Source: Eubacteriales bacterium (lineage in GTDB: Bacteria > Bacillota > Clostridia > Oscillospirales > CAG-272). From it: a stretch of 64,000 nt of DNA. Below, piece after piece: positions 58,109 through 64,000 of this stretch. How positions within the stretch are numbered: position 1 is the stretch's first letter; every line of letters starts with the position of its first letter. The notes below the pieces were generated by a model. The model had not been told where the DNA came from. It was given only the letters and a program-made list of their open reading frames with translations, and searched no databases. Made by a program: the position numbers and the translations under genes. Where the stretch lies: positions 264 through 64,263 of the forward strand of contig JAZNZE010000001.1 in the NCBI GenBank assembly GCA_045594785.1, given 5' to 3'.

Positions 58109-60340
58109 CTATATCTCCGATTTTTCAATCCTTTCCTCAATTTCCTCAGAAAGCAGTCTATCCTTTGCGTAAGCGATGCGCAAAAGCTCGGGCGGTACAA
58201 AGTCGTCATATTTATCAAAAATAGGACATTCTCCCTCTTCGATAAGAGCCTCTGTATCTATTCCGTCACGTGCTATTATCGATGTAAGGTTCTTTATAAA
58301 AAGCTTGCCTGCACCGTCCTTCGCCTTAAAGGTTATATAACAGCACCCCTCGCTTTGTATATCGGATATTCCAAGCTCGCCTGCGTATTTTCGCATTATA
58401 CGGCGCATAGTGCGGAAGGAGCGCGTTCCTAACCACGGAAAGAATACATAGCTCTGCCCGCCGATAAAAATAACGTTGTTTTTATCCATTCCCGCATTTT
58501 TTGCAACTACTCTTGCGTTTTTCAGTCTTTCTCTTGCATTGTCTCCAAGATAAGCATATTCCTTATCACCGAGAAGAACCGCACGCATAGCAAGAAGAAG
58601 CTTGGTGTGTATTTCACCGCTGTCACCCGGCCAGGATATCTCCATTTTCCCGTCAACACGCTTTACGAAAATAAGTCTTCTCGGAATATCTACGTCAATA
58701 ACCTCCCATACTCTGCCGGCAAGCGCAAATCTGTCTCCCTTGGGTATCGGATTCGTAATAGTTCCTATTTCCTCGCTGTCACATCTGACGGTATAGTCCT
58801 CGCTATCCTTAAATACTGCGTAAAATTTAAATGAATTAACTATTCTCTCGCCAGCAAGTCCGACTATAAGACCGCGAGATTCGGTCATTTCAAGATAATC
58901 CGAATTTATCATAGAAACAAGAAGCTCTCTGTAATGCTCCTTAGAAAGACTTGAAAGAGGAGGAAGAGTGAGAACTCTTTGTGCAAGAGCCTTGGGCGTA
59001 AGCTCACCCGAGGACATCAAGGTGCTGAGTGTCTGGTGAAAAGCAAGGCTCAGGGGCATTTTTCGGATTTTGGGCGGCTCTATGAAGCGCTCGGTTGAAT
59101 AAAGGTCAATAATCGCTATTCCGCGGAGCAGCTCCCACGGAATTATTTCGGGAAGCGGTGCATTCGGCAAGGGATTTTCCTCCCTGTAAACCATTATCAT
59201 TTCCGGCGGCGCGCCCCGTCTTCCCGAGCGGCCAAGTCTTTGCAAAAATCCGGAAACGGTCGTGGGAGAACCGACCTGACAAACTCTTTCAAGCTTTCCT
59301 ATGTCAATTCCAAGCTCCATAGTAACCGTTGCGCAGGTCACAGCAGGTCCGCTTGTGTCCTCTTTCATTTTCAACTCCGCATCCTCTCTGAGAGATGCGG
59401 AAAGATTACCATGATGAATCAAAAATATATCCTCATCAGCCCGTTTTTTTGCTATCTGACGAAGCGTTGCGGTTACGTATTCGGTTTCTTCTCTTGAATT
59501 CGAGAAAACGAGAGCCTTTTTTCCGTATACCGCGTCATAAAGAAATTCATATCCCGCATCAAGAGACGCCCCGGAGCCTGTCTCCGCGCTGCCTTCCGCA
59601 CTATTTTGCGTTTCATTTGGATTCTGAACGTAAAAATGCTCAAGTCCAAGCCTCCATTTTAACGGTGTTTTCGGTGGAATTGGAGCAGAGGTATCTCTTC
59701 CGCTTCCTGCCCCAAGCCACTCAGATGCCATGTTAAGGTCGCCAAGGGTTGCGCTGAGCCCCACACGCCTCGGATTGTGTCCTATCAGGCGAGCAAGTCT
59801 TGTGAGCTGACAAAGAACCTGATTGCCTCTGTCCTGCCCGATAAGCGCGTGTATTTCATCTATTACAACGTATCTGAGCCCTCCAAAAAGCCTTGGAATG
59901 TCATTAGAGCGGTTTATTAGCATCGATTCAAGGGATTCGGGGGTTATTTGAAGAATACCCTCGGGAGACTTGAGAAGCCTGCTCTTGTGAGATGCCCCAA
60001 CGTCTCCGTGCCAATGAGTAAGCGGTATTCCGGTGCTCAAAAGCAAATCGTCAAGCCTGTAAAACTGGTCATTAATAAGCGATTTTAAGGGGGCTACGTA
60101 AAGAACCGAAACCGACTTTTTTTCAGGCGGATTTTCAACTATATCCGAAATTATGGGAAAGAATGCCGCCTCTGTTTTTCCCGAGGCTGTCGAGGAAGAA
60201 AGAAGAAGATTATTTTCCGTATTAAAGATAACGTCTGCCGCAACAAGCTGTATTTCTCTAAGCTCAGTCCAGCCCTGCGAATATATATATTCCTTTATGA
60301 AATCAGGAAATCTCGCGTATATCCTATCTGCATCAGTCAC
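58109..60340 (-). CDS. SF2 DEAH-box helicase, Lhr/BrxHI-like (SngC-like)
   Basis: 743 aa. GTG start behind AGGAG. Motif I TASGKTEA (GKT = aa 54-56), motif II VVIDEIHAL, motif III LSATL, motif VI QRLGRSGRRG. About 300 aa of C-terminal extension. Confidence 0.85.
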   Translation of the reverse strand: MTDADRIYARFPDFIKEYIYSQGWTELREIQLVAADVIFNTENNLLLSSSTASGKTEAAFFPIISDIVENPPEKKSVSVLYVAPLKSLINDQFYRLDDLLLSTGIPLTHWHGDVGASHKSRLLKSPEGILQITPESLESMLINRSNDIPRLFGGLRYVVIDEIHALIGQDRGNQVLCQLTRLARLIGHNPRRVGLSATLGDLNMASEWLGAGSGRDTSAPIPPKTPLKWRLGLEHFYVQNPNETQNSAEGSAETGSGASLDAGYEFLYDAVYGKKALVFSNSREETEYVTATLRQIAKKRADEDIFLIHHGNLSASLREDAELKMKEDTSGPAVTCATVTMELGIDIGKLERVCQVGSPTTVSGFLQRLGRSGRRGAPPEMIMVYREENPLPNAPLPEIIPWELLRGIAIIDLYSTERFIEPPKIRKMPLSLAFHQTLSTLMSSGELTPKALAQRVLTLPPLSSLSKEHYRELLVSMINSDYLEMTESRGLIVGLAGERIVNSFKFYAVFKDSEDYTVRCDSEEIGTITNPIPKGDRFALAGRVWEVIDVDIPRRLIFVKRVDGKMEISWPGDSGEIHTKLLLAMRAVLLGDKEYAYLGDNARERLKNARVVAKNAGMDKNNVIFIGGQSYVFFPWLGTRSFRTMRRIMRKYAGELGISDIQSEGCCYITFKAKDGAGKLFIKNLTSIIARDGIDTEALIEEGECPIFDKYDDFVPPELLRIAYAKDRLLSEEIEERIEKSEI

Positions 60341-60364
60341 GGCAATTCTCCTTTCTGCCCTATT

Positions 60365-61735
60365 TTATATATCGATATCAAACAAGCTAACCTTGTTTTT
60401 GATTTTTTCTTGCTCTAGCGGCGCGCCATCGTACGCAGCTCTTTGCGGCTCTGCTTCAAATCCGGTATTCTTGATAAGCTCATCAAATGTCGCCCCCTTG
60501 TTATCTCTGAGAATATTGAGAAGCGTAAGAAAATCGCGTATTATCTCTCTGGGGGTTATAAGCTCCTCTGCTCCTGCCTTTGCGGTAGCGTGTCGAATAA
60601 AGGCTTCTATCTCGGAATCACTGACAAGCGGAGCGTCACTCTCCTCCTTTTGCATATGGAGCTTCGCAAGTCTTTTGGCAAGAGCCAACAGCTCGTTATC
60701 CGAAAGTCTTCTGAGCCTTATTACAGGAGAGGAGAGGTTTTGATATCCCAGCTCGGAATATCTCGAATCGGTAAGACGGCTTTTAAGCGCATCGTATGAA
60801 AACAGACCTCTTCTCGTATCTTCAAGGAACTGAGGCGTTCCTCCGAAAATCACACCGAGACTTTTAGCCTTTCCCTGCAAGGTATCGTTAAATATCGCAA
60901 GAAGCTTTTCGTAGTTAGCCTCTCTTGATATTCTGTTGGAAATCTTGTATAGATTAACGCATTCGTCCACGAAAAGCACAAGCCCCTTGTAGCCGAGCTT
61001 AACCGAAAGAAGCGCGAAAAGCTTTATAAAGTTATACCAGTTATCATCGTCTATTATGACGCTTACCTGAAAGCCAAGAGCCGATTTTGCCTCTGTTTTG
61101 GTTGAGAATTCGCCTCTGAGCCAACGAAGGCAGGCGCTTTTTTTATCCGAATTATCAACAATAGATGCGCTGTAATACTCGCCGAGAACTCTTGCGAAAT
61201 CAAAGCCACCAACGTCACCTTCAAGCTCGGAGAGCGAAAGATAAACCTTCTTTTTAAGCTCTGATTCAAAAAGCTCGCTTTCGGGCAGCACTCCTTCGCT
61301 TACAAGTTCGGTTTTAAGCTTTGTAAAATGCCTTGAAAGCACGCTTGAAAGCGCATTTCCGTCAGGTGAAGCCTTCGTTGCAATATTAGTCATCAGCTCG
61401 CGGTAGGTGGCTAGACCTGCTCCGCTGCCGCCCGTAAGTCTGCGCTCCGGCGAAAGGTCGGCATCCGCGGTTATGAAGCCGCGGTCAAGCGCGTGACCTC
61501 TTATCAGCTGAATAAGAAAGCTTTTTCCGCTTCCGTATCTGCCTATAAGGAATCTCGAAAACGAGCCGCCCTCGGCAACGGTATCGAGATTATCAAGAAG
61601 ACTGCCTATCTCTTCTTTTCTTCCTATTGCAACGTAAGGCGCTCCGCTGCGCGGAACAACGCCTGCACTCAAAGACGAAAGAAGATTTGCAAGTATTCTC
61701 TTCGGAACTTTTATTTCATTATTTTCGTAAGCCAC
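60365..61735 (-). CDS. P-loop ATPase, DUF2791/BrxD-like (SngB-like)
   Basis: 456 aa. Walker A G65RYGSGKS72 and Walker B GLVLFVDE. The N-terminal ILANLLSSLSAGVVPRSGAPYVAIGRKEE resembles the BREX BrxC/BrxD ATP-binding family. 25-nt overlap with the upstream gene. Confidence 0.75.
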   Translation of the reverse strand: MAYENNEIKVPKRILANLLSSLSAGVVPRSGAPYVAIGRKEEIGSLLDNLDTVAEGGSFSRFLIGRYGSGKSFLIQLIRGHALDRGFITADADLSPERRLTGGSGAGLATYRELMTNIATKASPDGNALSSVLSRHFTKLKTELVSEGVLPESELFESELKKKVYLSLSELEGDVGGFDFARVLGEYYSASIVDNSDKKSACLRWLRGEFSTKTEAKSALGFQVSVIIDDDNWYNFIKLFALLSVKLGYKGLVLFVDECVNLYKISNRISREANYEKLLAIFNDTLQGKAKSLGVIFGGTPQFLEDTRRGLFSYDALKSRLTDSRYSELGYQNLSSPVIRLRRLSDNELLALAKRLAKLHMQKEESDAPLVSDSEIEAFIRHATAKAGAEELITPREIIRDFLTLLNILRDNKGATFDELIKNTGFEAEPQRAAYDGAPLEQEKIKNKVSLFDIDI

Positions 61736-63291
61736 TTTTCAACATCCTCTCTGTAATCTGAAATCACAGCGTAGCCTTCGCCAACGTCTTCAAGTATAAC
61801 GTCACCGAAATTATCGCTGAACACCTCGTTAATTTTATCTGCAATAGCATCAGGAAAGCTTCCCTGCGAGGAAGAAAGCTCACGCATTTTTTCAAAATTT
61901 TCACCGTATGCGAGAGAAATAAAGAGTATCTCTTCTCTCGAAAGCCCGTACGCGTCTGAATCGGTATTTTCAGCCTCAGCTTTCGGTTCTTGCGGTATCG
62001 GAAGCTCTTCCTCGCACTCTTCTTCTACTATAAGTCTCGCCGTTGTTTGCCACGAAGCGCGCTCTATTTCATCAGCACCGTCAATAGAAAGCTCCTCGCT
62101 TTCCGCTTCGTAAAGCTTTTCGTATTCAGGTCGGCTTGCTTTGATTCTCTCTCTGTTAACCTTTTCAAAAAGCTCCTCAAAATAACTGTCGATTATGTGC
62201 GTATATTCACTTGAAAGCGCCTTTACGGCGAGTCTGCTTTTCACTCCGAGAAGCGCGCGCAGCTTATTTTCCGTATATTTAAGCGCTGAGGTAACCGTTT
62301 CACGAATAAAAGGCTCTTCTGCGATTTTACGGTACTCAACGGTGATATGATATTTCACACACGAGGTAGTGAGCGCCATTCTGAACGCGCTGTCCTTTCG
62401 TTCCATAACCGATTCGCCCTCTATGCCGTATACGCCTGCTATAAGGAAGCTCTTCATAAAGAGCCCCATAGCACCCATAAGATGCTTTGTATAAGCCTCT
62501 TTACTGTCTCCGCCCGCATATTTTCCCTTCCTCCAGTCGTAATCTGAAAGATATGCAATCAACGCACCAACCCCGGCAGAGCCGTAATCCTCGTATGAAG
62601 AAAAATAAAATTCCTTAAACCTCGCAACCGACATTATATCAAAAATAAAATCGGAAATTTCAGCCATAGGTGCTTTTAGATTATAAACAAGACAAAAGTC
62701 CTGAACCCAAAGCGCCATATTTGAATCAATACCAGGCAAATCCTTGCGATAGTTTTTCCAAAGGTTAACAAGAAGCCGAAGTCCTTCTTCAGCAGGGATA
62801 CGCTCAGGAAGATTCAGTATTTCGTAAACGTAAAGGTAGAGATAAGAATAGTCGGTTTTAATATATTTGCCGCTTCTGAGCATAGTGCGCCAGTAAAAGT
62901 AATAATTCTTCTGCGGCTGTGTCAGCTGAGTATATTGCGGCATAAAGGAATAAAACGGTACAAACTGACATTCATAACCTTGAAAATCAAAGTAAAGCTC
63001 TGCTGCCTTTTTGAAGTTTGCGTGAAAATCAAATTTATCGGGACAGTGAGTGACCTTTACCTTCTTTATGAGCGCTCCGCTTGGATAATATACGACATCG
63101 GGTTTAGCGTTTTCCGCAGCTATTTGATTCAGAGTAAGCTTTCTTCGTTCTTTATCCGAAAAATCCTCACCGCTTATGCTTACGGTTACTGTTTTTTCCT
63201 TGGTCGAAAAGGAGGAGAGCGTTGACTTTTTTTTGCTCGGAACAAGCTTTTCTATATCCCAAAACGCGTCATAATCTTTTTTATCAGACAT
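61711..63291 (-). CDS. TerB-N and TerB-C domain protein (SngA-like)
   Basis: 526 aa. Residues ~105-160, QFVPFYSFMPQYTQLTQPQKNYYFYWRTMLRSGKYIKTDYSYLYLYVYEILN, match the TerB-N hallmark. An acidic linker follows. The C-terminal ~70 aa (DAIADKINEVFSDNFGDVILED...) is TerB-C-like. AGGAG RBS. Confidence 0.7.
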   Translation of the reverse strand: MSDKKDYDAFWDIEKLVPSKKKSTLSSFSTKEKTVTVSISGEDFSDKERRKLTLNQIAAENAKPDVVYYPSGALIKKVKVTHCPDKFDFHANFKKAAELYFDFQGYECQFVPFYSFMPQYTQLTQPQKNYYFYWRTMLRSGKYIKTDYSYLYLYVYEILNLPERIPAEEGLRLLVNLWKNYRKDLPGIDSNMALWVQDFCLVYNLKAPMAEISDFIFDIMSVARFKEFYFSSYEDYGSAGVGALIAYLSDYDWRKGKYAGGDSKEAYTKHLMGAMGLFMKSFLIAGVYGIEGESVMERKDSAFRMALTTSCVKYHITVEYRKIAEEPFIRETVTSALKYTENKLRALLGVKSRLAVKALSSEYTHIIDSYFEELFEKVNRERIKASRPEYEKLYEAESEELSIDGADEIERASWQTTARLIVEEECEEELPIPQEPKAEAENTDSDAYGLSREEILFISLAYGENFEKMRELSSSQGSFPDAIADKINEVFSDNFGDVILEDVGEGYAVISDYREDVEKWLTKIMK

Positions 63292-63332
63292 ATTTCTCTC
63301 TCCTTTCGTGATTTAAAATCTCTTAATATGAT

Positions 63333-63361
63333 ATTTTACCATATCAATCGTAAAATGTCAA
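63333..63361 (-). promoter_or_regulatory. dedicated sigma-A promoter of the TerB-N/ATPase/helicase operon
   Basis: Minus strand TTGACA (63361-63356), 17-nt spacer, TGG-TAAAAT (63338-63333). It sits immediately downstream of the ispE terminator. Confidence 0.55.
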
Positions 63362-63392
63362 TAAAAAAGGCCGGCTAATTTTCAGCCGACCA
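63362..63392 (-). terminator. ispE rho-independent terminator
   Basis: Minus strand GGUCGGCU (63391-63384) / AGCCGGCC (63376-63369), followed by UUUUUU (63368-63363). Confidence 0.65.
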
Positions 63393-63397
63393 AAAAT

Positions 63398-64000
63398 TTA
63401 TACAGAGCCTGCATAATATGCTCTGAATTTCATTTGCCTCAGCGCATAGCAAGCAGCTTTAGCTTCCTCGATATTGTCAAAAACCCCAAAAACAGAAGGT
63501 CCGCTTCCGCTCATCAGAGCTCCCTTTGCTCCAAGCCTTATAAGCTCTCCCTTTATTTTCGCAGCTCCCTCACAATGCGGAAGAACGGCTTTTTCAAAAA
63601 CGTTAAAAAGTCCGTTCGGGTCTATTTTTCCTTCTTTAATCGAATCTATTAACAGATTGTATCTCTCTTCCACTGCGGATTTGTCAACGCTTGAAAAATC
63701 AGAATAAACGGAATCCAGCTCCTTATAAGCGGCAGGCGTAGAAACTCGCTCGTTGGCTATAGCTATAACGAAAGCCGAGCTTACAGTCACGGGTAATCTG
63801 GTGATTTTCTCTCCTCTGCCCTCACATAGCGCGGTTTTTCCATAAAGGCAGTACGCAACGTCACTTCCAAGCTCAGCAGCAAGCGCTGAAAGTGCCGGTA
63901 TCGAAAAAAGCTTTGAATGAATTTTATTCATAGCTCTCAGGACAGCCGCAGCGTCAGAAGAACCGCCGGCAAGCCCTGCCGCTATGGGAATACGCTTTAA
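63398..64000 (-). CDS. ispE: 4-diphosphocytidyl-2-C-methyl-D-erythritol kinase, N-terminus outside the window
   Basis: The frame stays open to position 64000, reading LKRIPIAAGLAGGSSDAAAVLRAMNK... (GHMP kinase motif). C-terminal SGSGPSVFGVF motif. Confidence 0.85.
   Translation of the reverse strand, partial: LKRIPIAAGLAGGSSDAAAVLRAMNKIHSKLFSIPALSALAAELGSDVAYCLYGKTALCEGRGEKITRLPVTVSSAFVIAIANERVSTPAAYKELDSVYSDFSSVDKSAVEERYNLLIDSIKEGKIDPNGLFNVFEKAVLPHCEGAAKIKGELIRLGAKGALMSGSGPSVFGVFDNIEEAKAACYALRQMKFRAYYAGSV

Noticed and set aside
58109-63400. Calling the TerB-N/ATPase/helicase region a mobile element or genomic island.
   Set aside because: No integrase, transposase, tRNA target or flanking direct repeats were seen. 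Composition could not be computed reliably by eye. It is described only as an accessory-looking insertion.
1-64000. Search for CRISPR arrays, tRNA/rRNA genes, IS elements and long tandem repeats.
   Set aside because: None were noticed. Intergenic spaces are short apart from 43.6-43.96 kb. A visual scan cannot be exhaustive, so tRNAscan, Infernal and a repeat finder should confirm this.

Overview
This is a 64-kb chromosomal segment from a low-GC Gram-positive, Clostridia-like bacterium. That origin is inferred from gene content: ecfA1-ecfA2-ecfT-truA, a SpoVD/SpoVE-type dcw cluster, an S-box riboswitch and sigma-A-type promoters. About 62 densely packed protein genes are supported. By eye I saw no rRNA, tRNA, CRISPR array, transposase or integrase. 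All family calls rest on motifs read from the ORF translations; no BLAST or HMM search could be run.

Layout:
- 1-14.5 kb, accessory metabolism: a divergent AraC regulator with an unusually short glycyl radical enzyme and its activase; a five-gene translationally coupled operon (GH29 fucosidase, SDR, GH16, enolase-family dehydratase, MBL hydrolase) with its own AraC regulator; and an araD / AraM-like dehydrogenase / FAD oxidoreductase / glycerophosphodiesterase operon with a DeoR regulator.
- 14.5-31.6 kb, mostly housekeeping: MarR plus a heterodimeric ABC exporter, Nudix, PBP1A, truA-ecfTA2A1, ruvC, DUF951-ruvAB, rpe and ispDF.
- 31.7-43.6 kb, dcw cluster: mraZ-rsmH-(ftsL-position gene)-PBP-murE-murF-mraY-ftsW-murG-ftsZ. 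It lacks murD, ftsQ and ftsA. It is followed by a 400-bp non-coding stretch with a same-orientation cluster of DnaA-box-like 9-mers and a divergent MreB-like actin gene.
- 45-57 kb: recD2, an AraC-controlled deacetylase/deaminase/kinase/aldolase amino-sugar-like operon, a DUF1295 protein, metK behind a SAM-I riboswitch, a phosphofructokinase, a short SOD-like protein and hslO.
- 58.1-63.4 kb, the most system-like accessory element: a three-gene operon with its own promoter, encoding a TerB-N/TerB-C protein, a DUF2791/BrxD-like P-loop ATPase and an Lhr-like DEAH helicase. This is a Shango-type anti-phage architecture. It sits between ispE and a methyltransferase-hslO pair, and the methyltransferase gene starts 1 nt after the helicase stop.
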